Shown here: one piece after another, positions 52,257-61,957 of the stretch | How the letters are laid out: each line of letters begins with the position of its first letter | How positions within the stretch are numbered: position 1 is the stretch's first letter | Assembly: GCA_964655885.1 (NCBI GenBank) | Contig: CAZZPD010000001.1 | Coordinates: forward strand, 11,441-75,440 | Reading direction: 5' to 3' | Source: an uncultured Candidatus Izemoplasmatales bacterium | GTDB taxonomy: Bacteria; Bacillota_I; Bacilli_A; Izemoplasmatales; Hujiaoplasmataceae | DNA length: 64,000 nt | Notes under the pieces: model-generated | The model's database searches: none | What the model saw: the letters and a program-made list of their open reading frames with translations, nothing else | What the model was told of the DNA's origin: nothing | Made by a program: the position numbers and the translations under genes

Positions 52257-53273
52257 TTATTCTAAAGTTCTATCTATAGCTTCTGCAATACGTTTGCAAT
52301 TTTTAATTAACTCATTAAATCTAATAGGTTTTAAAGATTGCTGTCCATCACTTAAAGCTAATTCTGGAGTTTGATGTACTTCAATAATTAAACCGTCAGC
52401 ACCAGCTGCTATAGCCGCTTTAGATAAAGACTCTACATACTCCCATCTACCTGATGCATGTGAAGGATCAACAATTATAGGTAAATGAGTTAATTTTTTA
52501 ATTACAGGGATTGAAGAAATATCCAATGTATTTCTAGTAGAGGTTTCATAGGTACGAATACCTCTTTCGCATAAGATAACATTTGAATTACCACCAGATA
52601 AAATATATTCAGCTGACATTAACCATTCTTCAATAGTGTTAGCTAGACCTCTTTTTAACAAAATAGGTTTATCTATTTTACCTAATTCTTTTAATAGATT
52701 AAAGTTCTGCATATTTCTAGCACCAACTTGGATTAAATCAACTTGTTTAACAAACAAAGGAAGTTCATCAACGCTCATAATTTCACTTACAACCGGCATT
52801 TTATATTTTTTAGATATGTTTTCTAGTATATCTAAACCTTCTGAACCAAGACCTTGAAAAGAGTAAGGACTCGTTCTTGGTTTAAAAGCACCGCCCCTAA
52901 CTATTTTAGCACCAGCATCTTTTAGTAACGGAGTAATTTCGTCCATTTGCTCTTGAGATTCAACAGCACAAGGACCACCCATTATTACAATGTTTTTATT
53001 TCCTACTTCAACACCAGACACATTAACTACAGTGTCATCTGGTTTAAATTTTCTATTTACTTTCTTAAAAGGTTCTTGAACTCTTAAAACATTATCAATA
53101 AACTCATATGCATATAAGCCGTTAATGTCATAACTTATTGTATCACCAATAACACCTAAAAGATGAGTGGTTTCTCCTATACTTTCATGTAGCTCAAAGC
53201 CTTGTCTGAGTAACTTTGATTTTAGTTGTGAAACTTGTTCCTCTGTAACGTTATTTTTAAATTTAATAATCAT
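52257..53273 (-). CDS. aroF: DAHP synthase (type I-beta, N-terminal ACT-like regulatory domain)
   Basis: GPCAVES, RGGAFKPRTSPYSFQG, GARNMQN, LCERGIR, DPSH, SDGQQS. Confidence 0.95.
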   Translation of the reverse strand: MIIKFKNNVTEEQVSQLKSKLLRQGFELHESIGETTHLLGVIGDTISYDINGLYAYEFIDNVLRVQEPFKKVNRKFKPDDTVVNVSGVEVGNKNIVIMGGPCAVESQEQMDEITPLLKDAGAKIVRGGAFKPRTSPYSFQGLGSEGLDILENISKKYKMPVVSEIMSVDELPLFVKQVDLIQVGARNMQNFNLLKELGKIDKPILLKRGLANTIEEWLMSAEYILSGGNSNVILCERGIRTYETSTRNTLDISSIPVIKKLTHLPIIVDPSHASGRWEYVESLSKAAIAAGADGLIIEVHQTPELALSDGQQSLKPIRFNELIKNCKRIAEAIDRTLE

Positions 53274-53279
53274 TTTGTA

Positions 53280-53708
53280 TTACTTCCTTTTTTGTAAAAA
53301 ATTAATTGCTTCTATATATGAATTAAAACCTTTGCCATAGAATTTAGAAATACAAGCAGGTTCTATAACAGATATTTTTCTAAATTCTTCTCTTTTATAT
53401 ATATCGGATAAATGGACTTCAACTGTTGGAATATTGATAGACTTAACACAATCATAAATTGCATATGAATAATGAGTATAAGCTGCAGGATTAATAATTA
53501 ACGCATCAAATCTATGATAGTTATTTTGAACGATATTAATTATTTCGCCCTCACAATTTGACTGATAAACTTCAATTTCAACATGATTCATTTTGCCATA
53601 AGCTAATAAGAAGTTAACCAAGTCATTATATGATTGTTTTCCATAAATTTCAGGTTCTCTAAGGCCTAAAAAATTCAAATTAGGACCATTAACGATTAAG
53701 ATATTCAT
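53280..53708 (-). CDS. aroQ: Type II 3-dehydroquinate dehydratase
   Basis: NGPNLNFLGLREPEIYG, QSNCEG, NPAAYTH, EVHLS, REEFR. Confidence 0.95.
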   Translation of the reverse strand: MNILIVNGPNLNFLGLREPEIYGKQSYNDLVNFLLAYGKMNHVEIEVYQSNCEGEIINIVQNNYHRFDALIINPAAYTHYSYAIYDCVKSINIPTVEVHLSDIYKREEFRKISVIEPACISKFYGKGFNSYIEAINFLQKRK

Positions 53709-54954
53709 TAATCTTCTCCTTTATTTCATTCACGTGAAAATCCGTGGATTTTTTAATATTTATTTCTATATCAGAAAAATATTTATACAAAGGGATTCTT
53801 CTTTCTGCTAGTCTAAATATGTTGTTTGAATCTTCTAAGAGGGGTCTATTGTATATTTTCTTTCTAGAAATAATTACCGGATCTTTATTAAGAAAGATGA
53901 CTAAGCCATTCTGTTTTAGTAACATCATGTTTTCTGAACTTTCTATTAAGCCACCACCAGTGGAAATAGCTAAATTAAGGTCTTTGTAAATGTTTTTTAC
54001 TACAGATTTTTCTATGTCTCTGAAGTGGTTTTCACCATAATCTCTGAATAAATCCGGGATACTTTTATTGGTTGTTTTTTCAATGTAACTATCAATATCT
54101 ACTACTTTTTTATCTAAGTAGTTTCCCATTGTTTTTGCATACTTTGTTTTACCGCTTAAAGGGAGACCTACATAAACCAAGTTAACATAGTTTTGATAAA
54201 TTTTTTTAAAAATTTTGTTTGCATAATTTTTTGGTATAGAGATATTATTAAAAATTTCATGTGCTTTCTTAGCTTGCATAACAAGCATATATAATCCATT
54301 GATAGCCTTTATATTTAAAGCTTCAGCGTCTAATAAAAGCTTGGTTCTAAACGGATTATAAATTAAATCAACAACACAATTTAGATTTTTAAACTCGTTT
54401 AATTTCAATAATGAACAATCGTCGTTATTTGGGTACATACCAACTGGAGTTGTATTAATTAAAACATCATAATTTAGAAATTTTTTATACTCTGATAAAG
54501 AATATTCATTTGCATTTCTAACCGTTCTACATAATTTTATTATAGATTTAGCTTCTTTATCTTTTAACAATTTTTCAACTGTTTTAGAAACGGATCCATT
54601 TCCTAAAATTAATATATTTTTGTCTTTTATTTCTACATTATAATAACTCAAAGTTTCCTTTAAACCATAATAATCAGTATTATATCCATATAATTTATTA
54701 TCTTTTCTTAAAACAGTATTAACAGAGTTTGTAAGTTTGCTAATTTGATCAAATTTATCTATTAATGGAATAATTTCAGATTTAAATGGAATAGTAATAT
54801 TTATTCCTTTAAAATCAACATTTTTAACAAAATCAATTATTGAATTAGTTTCATATAATTCGTAATTGTCATTACCAAATAAAGTATGTATTTTTTTAGA
54901 AAAACTATGACCCAGCTTCTTCCCTACTAAATAATACATACTATGATAACACAT
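53689..54954 (-). CDS. Fused shikimate dehydrogenase / shikimate kinase (AroE-AroK)
   Basis: GHSFS, NITIPFK, NTDYYG, NTTPVGM, DLIYNP followed by GLPLSGKT, GENHFRDIE, STGGG, RPL; start may be ATG 54939. Confidence 0.9.
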   Translation of the reverse strand: MCYHSMYYLVGKKLGHSFSKKIHTLFGNDNYELYETNSIIDFVKNVDFKGINITIPFKSEIIPLIDKFDQISKLTNSVNTVLRKDNKLYGYNTDYYGLKETLSYYNVEIKDKNILILGNGSVSKTVEKLLKDKEAKSIIKLCRTVRNANEYSLSEYKKFLNYDVLINTTPVGMYPNNDDCSLLKLNEFKNLNCVVDLIYNPFRTKLLLDAEALNIKAINGLYMLVMQAKKAHEIFNNISIPKNYANKIFKKIYQNYVNLVYVGLPLSGKTKYAKTMGNYLDKKVVDIDSYIEKTTNKSIPDLFRDYGENHFRDIEKSVVKNIYKDLNLAISTGGGLIESSENMMLLKQNGLVIFLNKDPVIISRKKIYNRPLLEDSNNIFRLAERRIPLYKYFSDIEINIKKSTDFHVNEIKEKINEYLNR

Positions 54955-56035
54955 TTTCTTTTAATTTAAACATTAAAAGATCTAGGATAACAAAATTTAA
55001 AACCGAATTAACAACGACAGGGGTTCTGGAAATATATTGTGGGTCATGTCTTCCTGAAATCTCAATCGTTGTATTTTCATGTTTTTCTAAATCAACAGAA
55101 TTTTGTTTTATTCCAATTGAAGAGGTTGGTTTAAAAGCAGTTTTTATGATTATTGGCATACCTGTACTTAAACCACCTAGTATACCACCGTTGTTGTTTG
55201 AGGTGGTTTTGATTTTGTCGTTTTCGATATAATAAGAATCGTTCATTTCAGACCCACAATTAGCTGTTATATCAAAACCTTTACCAAACTCAACACCTTT
55301 AACGCCAGGAACACTGAATAACAAATTTGAAATATAACTTTCAATAGATAAGAAATATGGTTCACCTAAACCAACTGGTATATTAACAATTTTTGATTCA
55401 ACAATCCCGCCGATAGAATCTTTATCTTCTTTAACGTTTTTTATCAAAGACAACATTGCTTCTTTTTTATCTTGATTTAACAAAGGAAATGATTGAACAT
55501 TTAACTCTTTTAACTGTTTTACATCGTTTGATATAAAGTCGAAAGAATCATCTTCAATATTCTTTAAAGAAAGGATATGAGAACCAATATAAATATTGTG
55601 TTTGTTTAAGATTTGCTCAGCGATAGATCCAATAATAACCCAAAGCGCAGTTAATCTACCTGAAAAAATACCGCCACCCCTAGTATCGTTATATCCTTTG
55701 TATTTTACATATGCAGGATAATCCGCATGAGAAGGTCTAGGTATATTGTTTAAAGCTTTATAATCGTTGCTGATGGTGTTTTTATTCGGTATAAGCACAG
55801 TTAAAGCGGCGCCAGTTGTAAAGCCGTTATAATAACCAGAAACAAACAGATATTCATCAGTTTCTATTCTATTAGTGTTTATATTTTTTACAGGCCTTCT
55901 TTTTTGAAGATTATTTCTTAATAACTCTTCATCAATTTTTAAACCCTCTGGTAAATTATCAATTACAATACCGATATAAGGTCCATGAGATTCACCAAAA
56001 AAAGTTATTTTTATGTTGTATCCAATAGTGTTCAT
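54941..56035 (-). CDS. aroC: Chorismate synthase
   Basis: GESHG, RPSHAD, FSGRLT, GGILGG, KPTSSI, GRHDP. Confidence 0.95.
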   Translation of the reverse strand: MNTIGYNIKITFFGESHGPYIGIVIDNLPEGLKIDEELLRNNLQKRRPVKNINTNRIETDEYLFVSGYYNGFTTGAALTVLIPNKNTISNDYKALNNIPRPSHADYPAYVKYKGYNDTRGGGIFSGRLTALWVIIGSIAEQILNKHNIYIGSHILSLKNIEDDSFDFISNDVKQLKELNVQSFPLLNQDKKEAMLSLIKNVKEDKDSIGGIVESKIVNIPVGLGEPYFLSIESYISNLLFSVPGVKGVEFGKGFDITANCGSEMNDSYYIENDKIKTTSNNNGGILGGLSTGMPIIIKTAFKPTSSIGIKQNSVDLEKHENTTIEISGRHDPQYISRTPVVVNSVLNFVILDLLMFKLKENVLS

Positions 56036-56039
56036 ATAA

Positions 56040-57026
56040 TTACCCCCTAAAGAGTTGTTTTACTATTTTTGCTTCACCTATTGTGTCTACGTATATCATA
56101 TTTAAGTATTTTGATGTATTCTTTTTATCTTTTTTAATAATATCAATAACATCTTCTTTTTTGACTTCGTCAGAAACAGGTAAATTGTATTTTTTTAAAG
56201 CGGCTATTAAATTATTTTTGGCGTTTATGTTCCTTGTTGATTTAATCATGCCCAAAGCTACAGCTTCACCATGTAAATATTTATCAAAATTATAATACCT
56301 TTCATATGCGTGCCCATAGGTGTGTCCAAAATTAAGCATTTGTCTAATAGAAGAATCAAACTCATCATTTTCAACAAAATATTTTTTAATAATTAAACAA
56401 TCGTAGATAAACGTTTCTAAATCTTCTTCTATATTTTTATTTAATATTCTATCAAAAAGAGTTTTAGAATATATCATTCCATATTTAATAGCTTCTGCCA
56501 TACCATTATTGAAATGTCTTTTGTGTAAAGTTTTTAAAGTCAAAGGATCTATCAAAACAATTGAAGGAGGATAGAAAGATCCTACAGAATTTTTTGCATA
56601 ATCTGTATTTATTGCAACCTTACCACCAACAGAGGAATCAATTTGTGACAGCAAAGATGTTGGAATTTGAATATATTCAATTCCTCTTAGATATGTAGAA
56701 GCAATAAAACCAGACAAATCTCCAGTCACTCCTCCGCCAACAGCAACAATACAAGCGTCTCTTCTAATGTTGTTCTTCTGCATGATTGAAATAATTCTTT
56801 CATACTCACTAAATGATTTTGATTTTTCACCTTCAGGAAAATCAATAATCAAATTATTTCTACAAGCCACTTTTATTTTGTTGATATATTCTTTAGGTAT
56901 ATTATCATCATGAATAATAACATAAAATTTTTCGTTATCAAAATAATCTTCTAACGAATTTAAAAGATTGTTTTCAATGATTATTGAATAATTATTAAGT
57001 TTAGAATAAACATCAATTTTCTTCAT
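56040..57026 (-). CDS. aroB: 3-dehydroquinate synthase
   Basis: GEKSKS, GGGVTGDLSGF, DSSVGGK, LNFGHTYGHA, HGEAV. Confidence 0.95.
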   Translation of the reverse strand: MKKIDVYSKLNNYSIIIENNLLNSLEDYFDNEKFYVIIHDDNIPKEYINKIKVACRNNLIIDFPEGEKSKSFSEYERIISIMQKNNIRRDACIVAVGGGVTGDLSGFIASTYLRGIEYIQIPTSLLSQIDSSVGGKVAINTDYAKNSVGSFYPPSIVLIDPLTLKTLHKRHFNNGMAEAIKYGMIYSKTLFDRILNKNIEEDLETFIYDCLIIKKYFVENDEFDSSIRQMLNFGHTYGHAYERYYNFDKYLHGEAVALGMIKSTRNINAKNNLIAALKKYNLPVSDEVKKEDVIDIIKKDKKNTSKYLNMIYVDTIGEAKIVKQLFRG

Positions 57027-57028
57027 AA

Positions 57029-58291
57029 CTACTCCTTTATATATTTAATTTTTACTCCTAAAGATTCTAAATCATCATAAAAATTTGGATATGATTTATT
57101 GATAGCTTCAGCATTTGTAATTGTTATTTTAGATTCCGCAACCGTAGCTGCTATCGCTAACATCATTGCTATGCGATGATCATTATAAGAATCAAAAATA
57201 CCACCGTTTAATTTGTTTGGACCAACTATTTCTAGATAATCATCACCCATAACTATTTTAACACCCATTTGTTTTAAAGAATTATAAGTTGTTAATAATC
57301 TATTAGATTCCTTAATTTTTAATCTTTCTCCATTTATCAAGCGGGATAAACCATGTGATTTTGAGGCTAAAACTGATAAAATCGGTGCTAAATCAGGAGA
57401 TTGGCTCAAATCAAAAGTAAAATTACTTGTTTTTGAATACTTGAAAATCGCCTTATTGCTATGTTTTTCAATAATTCCGCCTATGTTAAGAATAGCTTCA
57501 ATAATAGCTTTGTCAGGCTGAAAAGAGTTAAAATTCATACCTTTAATTATAATATCATTATTGATGATTCCAAGGACAGAGAAAAAAGCCATTTGTGAAA
57601 AATCATTTTCAGCAAAAATCTCTGCTGGTTTGTATGATTGATTACCATCTACTAAAAATCTATTTTTCGTACGTTTGATAAAAATACCGAAACTTTCCAA
57701 AACATCAATTGTCATGTTTATATAATTTGATGATTCTAAAGTTCCTAAAATTTCAATTTCTGAATCACCATTTAGAAGCGGCAAAACAAACAGCAAGCCA
57801 GAGATAAATTGAGAGCTAATATTACCAGGAATTTTAAATTTTCCTGGTTTAATTTTGCCTTTTGTAACAATATAATTGTCTTGTTTTTTGTAAGACAATC
57901 CTTGATTAAAAAAAATCTCTTCATATATATGCATAGGCCTAGACATCAAACTGGATTTTCCCTTAAAATAGACCTCTTTTATATTAGATAAAACGGGTAT
58001 AACAAACCTTAGAGTTGAGCCTGATTCATTACAATTAATAGGTTTTCTTATAGTGAAACTATCTATACCATTAGAGGTTATTACTAAGCGATCAATATAA
58101 CGGTCAATAACTACTCCTATAGAAGAAAAAATATCAAGTGTTGCATTAACATCGTCGCTATAAATCACGTTATGAATTACACTGGTTCCTTTAGCAATTG
58201 AAGCAGAAATTATTGCTCGATGTAAATACGACTTTGATGCCGGAGGTTCAATTGTACCTTTAACTTTTGATGGATATACTTCAACTTTCAT
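57029..58291 (-). CDS. aroA: EPSP synthase
   Basis: PASKS, ESGSTLRF, SSQFISGLL, KESNR, DHRIAM, KSYPNF; start at ATG 58291. Confidence 0.95.
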   Translation of the reverse strand: MKVEVYPSKVKGTIEPPASKSYLHRAIISASIAKGTSVIHNVIYSDDVNATLDIFSSIGVVIDRYIDRLVITSNGIDSFTIRKPINCNESGSTLRFVIPVLSNIKEVYFKGKSSLMSRPMHIYEEIFFNQGLSYKKQDNYIVTKGKIKPGKFKIPGNISSQFISGLLFVLPLLNGDSEIEILGTLESSNYINMTIDVLESFGIFIKRTKNRFLVDGNQSYKPAEIFAENDFSQMAFFSVLGIINNDIIIKGMNFNSFQPDKAIIEAILNIGGIIEKHSNKAIFKYSKTSNFTFDLSQSPDLAPILSVLASKSHGLSRLINGERLKIKESNRLLTTYNSLKQMGVKIVMGDDYLEIVGPNKLNGGIFDSYNDHRIAMMLAIAATVAESKITITNAEAINKSYPNFYDDLESLGVKIKYIKE

Positions 58292-59132
58292 TCTTATCAC
58301 CCTTAGCAATTTTGCTTCTAATGGTGGTTGATTTTACCATCATTTCTTCTAACTTTTTATAGTCTTCAGTAGCAATTGCACCCTTAAAGGCCTTAAGTTC
58401 AGATTCGAAGGATTCTATCTTTTTTAGTAAAGCGGCCTTGTTTTTGATAAATAACTCTGGCCATAGCTTCTCGTTTATCATAGATATCCTTGTTAAATCT
58501 CTATATGAATCACCTATGAATTTTGATGCATCTAAAGTGCTTGAAAGCGAGTTAACTAGCGATAAACTCAAAACATGAGTTAGTTGAGAAGTATACGCAA
58601 TAATGTCGTCGTGATCACTTGGTGTGATTAGTGAAATATTCTTAAACCCCATCTCTTTTGCCAAAGAAATAGTTAAATCAATATTCTCTTTTATATTTGT
58701 TTTAATGGGTGTAATAACAAAATTAGCTTTGTCAAAAATATGCTCATTTGAATGTTTGATTCCAACCTTTTCGCTACCTGCTATAGGATGAGTGTATATG
58801 ATATCAACATTGTCCAAATTTATACTTTCAATTTCAGAGATAACACTTTTTTTAATGCCTGAAAATTCAATAATTATGCTATTTTTAGGGAATAAGTCTT
58901 TGTTTCTAAAAATAAAATTTATCATTGATTTTGGATATAAACAAAGAAATAAAATATCATTTTCATTAAAAAAATCATTCAAATTACTATATGCTTTTTG
59001 AATTATGTTGTTTTCTAAAGCGTAGTCAATTGTTTCTTTAGAAATATCATATCCAGTTATATAATGCTTGTTTTTTAGTGATTTTGCTATTGTACCACCA
59101 ATTAAACCAAGACCCACGATACCTATGTTCAT
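58281..59132 (-). CDS. tyrA: Prephenate dehydrogenase
   Basis: GLGLIGG, THPIAGSE, HDDIIAYTSQLTH, SYRDLTRI; start at ATG 59132 behind GAGGTGG. Confidence 0.92.
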   Translation of the reverse strand: MNIGIVGLGLIGGTIAKSLKNKHYITGYDISKETIDYALENNIIQKAYSNLNDFFNENDILFLCLYPKSMINFIFRNKDLFPKNSIIIEFSGIKKSVISEIESINLDNVDIIYTHPIAGSEKVGIKHSNEHIFDKANFVITPIKTNIKENIDLTISLAKEMGFKNISLITPSDHDDIIAYTSQLTHVLSLSLVNSLSSTLDASKFIGDSYRDLTRISMINEKLWPELFIKNKAALLKKIESFESELKAFKGAIATEDYKKLEEMMVKSTTIRSKIAKGDKNES

Positions 59133-59282
59133 ACGCCACCTCAAAAATAGTTTAATATATTGTATCACAAAATACAAATTTTTGTTATTATTATATATAT
59201 TTAATATTTATTTAAATAATGTAATTTTAAGACTATATTTGATATTCAATTTTATGTTATAATTAACAAGGGAGTTGATAAC

Positions 59283-59801
59283 ATGTATAAAGAAATAGGA
59301 GTTTTTGATTATAGCAATAGCGTATTGGAAAAAATGAAACCCGGAATTTTCTTAACAACCAAAAAAGAAAATACAATTAATACAATGATAATTGGTTGGG
59401 GAGGAATTAGTGTTATATGGGGTAGACCATTATTTTTAGTTTTAGTTAGAGATTCAAGAGCTACATTTGATTTGATGGAATCAAATTTAGAGTTTACGGT
59501 TAGCGTCCCTTTAAAAGCAGATTTAAAAGAAGCTATTAAAATATGTGGAACAAAATCTTTAAGAGAGATGGATAAATTTAAGTATTGTAACCTTACTCCA
59601 ATTCCAGGAAGAAAAATTAAAACTCCAATTATTGGAGAAGCAGAATTACATTATGAATGTAAAGTTATATATAAACAAACATTAGATCAATCCGTTGTAC
59701 CTCAAATAGTAAAAGATAAGTATTACTATGGAAATAATAATGCAAATCATACAGTTTACTATGGCGAGATTGTAGATCAATATATTTATGAAAAGGAATA
59801 A
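59283..59801 (+). CDS. Flavin reductase-like / flavoredoxin family protein
   Basis: NTMIIGWGG, CGTKSLR, YECKVIY, HTVYYGEI. Confidence 0.85.
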   Translation: MYKEIGVFDYSNSVLEKMKPGIFLTTKKENTINTMIIGWGGISVIWGRPLFLVLVRDSRATFDLMESNLEFTVSVPLKADLKEAIKICGTKSLREMDKFKYCNLTPIPGRKIKTPIIGEAELHYECKVIYKQTLDQSVVPQIVKDKYYYGNNNANHTVYYGEIVDQYIYEKE

Positions 59802-59806
59802 AGAAT

Positions 59807-60661
59807 ATGATATTAGATGGAAAACAATTATCTCTAAAGATAAGAAAACAAGTTAAAGAAAAAACAATGAAACTAATTGAAAAATATAATAAAAAACCTC
59901 ACTTAGTAGTAATTTTAATTGGAGAAAACCCAGCAAGCCAATCGTATGTTAGATCAAAAGAGAGAGCTTGTATTAAAGCAGGGTTTGAATCAACGATTAT
60001 AAAAAAGGATATTGACATAACCGAATCCGAATTGATTGATATCATTGAAAATTTAAATAATGATGATAATGTACATGGAATTTTATTACAATTACCAATT
60101 CCTAAACACATTGATGAAGACAAAGTCTTAAATTTAATTAATCCTTCTAAAGATGTTGATGGCTTTCATAATATTAATATAGCTAAACTAAATAAAGGAC
60201 AAGACGCTTTAGTCCCTTGCACCCCTTTAGGAATTACAAAAATATTAGAAGAATATTCAATCGATCCAACAGGAAAACATTGCGTTATTATTGGTAGAAG
60301 CCAAATAGTTGGAAAACCAATGGCCGCATTAATGCTTAAAAGAAATTCAACAGTAACAATCTGTCATTCTAAAACTAAAGATATTAGAGATATAACAAAA
60401 CAAGCAGATATTCTAATAGTAGCAATTGGTAGAGCTCATATGGTCGATGAAACATTTGTAAAACCCGGAGCGGTAGTTATTGATGTTGGAATCAACAGAG
60501 TAGACGGCGTGTTGGTAGGAGATGTTAATTTTGATAAAGTAAAAGATATTGCTGGATACATTACACCAGTTCCTGGCGGAGTAGGACCAATGACAATTGC
60601 TTGTTTACTAGAAAACACATTAACTTGTTATGAAACTATAGAGGAAAAAAATAATGATTAA
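59807..60661 (+). CDS. folD: Methylenetetrahydrofolate dehydrogenase/cyclohydrolase
   Basis: GILLQLP, KDVDG, PCTP, GRSQIVGKP, TPVPGGVGPMT. Confidence 0.97.
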   Translation: MILDGKQLSLKIRKQVKEKTMKLIEKYNKKPHLVVILIGENPASQSYVRSKERACIKAGFESTIIKKDIDITESELIDIIENLNNDDNVHGILLQLPIPKHIDEDKVLNLINPSKDVDGFHNINIAKLNKGQDALVPCTPLGITKILEEYSIDPTGKHCVIIGRSQIVGKPMAALMLKRNSTVTICHSKTKDIRDITKQADILIVAIGRAHMVDETFVKPGAVVIDVGINRVDGVLVGDVNFDKVKDIAGYITPVPGGVGPMTIACLLENTLTCYETIEEKNND

Positions 60662-61946
60662 TAGGTATTCAAGAAAAGAAGTTAGAGATATATTTGAAGA
60701 TAAATCAAAATTTGATGCATTTTTAGAAATTGAAATTCTAAATGCTGAAGCACTTAATAAGTTAGGTGTAGTTAATGAAAAAGATCTAAAACTAATACAA
60801 GAAAATGCTGATTATGATTTAGAAAAAATATATGAATTTGAAAAAGAACTAAAACACGACGTTATTGCATTTACTAGAGCCGTTTCGCTAAGTTTAGGTG
60901 ATGAAAAAAGATTTATACATTACGGGTTAACTTCTACTGATGTTGTTGATACCGCTTATGGAATTTTATATAAAAAAGCAAATTCAATTATAAAAAAAGA
61001 TGTTGAAGCATTTTTAGAAGTTTTAAAATCAAAAGCTTATGAATATAAAAACACTTTTTGTATCGGACGAACACATGGAATCCATGCAGATATTACAATT
61101 TTTGGTTTGAAATTTTGTTTATATTATGATGAGCTACAAAGAAATTATAAGAGATTTCTTGAAGCTGCTAAAGAAATTGAAGTAGGCAAAATTAGCGGAG
61201 CTGTTGGAAACTATGCTTTTATAAATCCTGAAATCGAAAAATATATACTATCAAAATTAGGGTTAAATAAAGTTAATATTTCTACACAGACATTACAAAG
61301 AGATCGACACGCAAATTATATGAGTTCTTTGGTTTTGTTGGGTTCTACGATTGAAAAAATCGCAATGGAAGTAAGAAATTTACAAAGAACTGAAGTTAAC
61401 GAGGTTAGAGAACCATTTTCTAAAAACCAAAAAGGGTCCTCTGCTATGCCGCACAAAAAGAACCCTATAGTTAGCGAAAACATGTTTGGAGTAATTAGGG
61501 TTTTAAGAGGATATTTGGTACCTTCTTTCGAAAGTATAGCTTTATGGCACGAAAGAGATATATCTCACTCTTCGGTTGAGAGAATTATAATGCCTGATGC
61601 AATTATGTTGGTAGACTATATGTTTACAAGATACATAAAAATAATAGAAGGCTTGGTTGTTTATCCAGAAAATATGTTAGAAAATATTTATAAAACCAAA
61701 GGAATAATATTTTCACAAAAAGTTTTAACCGCATTAATTGATAAAGGCGTTTCTAGAGAAAAAGCATACGACCTTGTACAACCAATAGCGGCCTATGCTT
61801 ATGAACGTAATGAAAACTTTATTGATTTAATCTTAAAAAATAAAGAAATTAATACAATTTTTAATGAAAAAGAATTAGAAACACTGTTTGACATTAATTT
61901 TTACAAAAGAAATGTTGATTACATATATAACAATGTATTTAAATAG
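60654..61946 (+). CDS. purB: Adenylosuccinate lyase
   Basis: HDVIAF, HYGLTSTD, GRTHG, GSSAMPHKKNP, HERDISHSS. Confidence 0.97.
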   Translation: MINRYSRKEVRDIFEDKSKFDAFLEIEILNAEALNKLGVVNEKDLKLIQENADYDLEKIYEFEKELKHDVIAFTRAVSLSLGDEKRFIHYGLTSTDVVDTAYGILYKKANSIIKKDVEAFLEVLKSKAYEYKNTFCIGRTHGIHADITIFGLKFCLYYDELQRNYKRFLEAAKEIEVGKISGAVGNYAFINPEIEKYILSKLGLNKVNISTQTLQRDRHANYMSSLVLLGSTIEKIAMEVRNLQRTEVNEVREPFSKNQKGSSAMPHKKNPIVSENMFGVIRVLRGYLVPSFESIALWHERDISHSSVERIIMPDAIMLVDYMFTRYIKIIEGLVVYPENMLENIYKTKGIIFSQKVLTALIDKGVSREKAYDLVQPIAAYAYERNENFIDLILKNKEINTIFNEKELETLFDINFYKRNVDYIYNNVFK

Positions 61947-61957
61947 AAAGGAATACA

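Noticed and set aside
53726..53741. parS-like core TTCACGTGAA in the aroE/K 3' end (and a half-site TGATCCACGT near 41683-41692)
   Set aside because: Only 12/16 match to TGTTTCACGTGAAACA with the outer palindromic bases missing; no parAB in the window
59133..59282. T-box or attenuator ahead of the aro operon
   Set aside because: No GGTGG-ACC T-box sequence or terminator; spacer is too short and AT-rich
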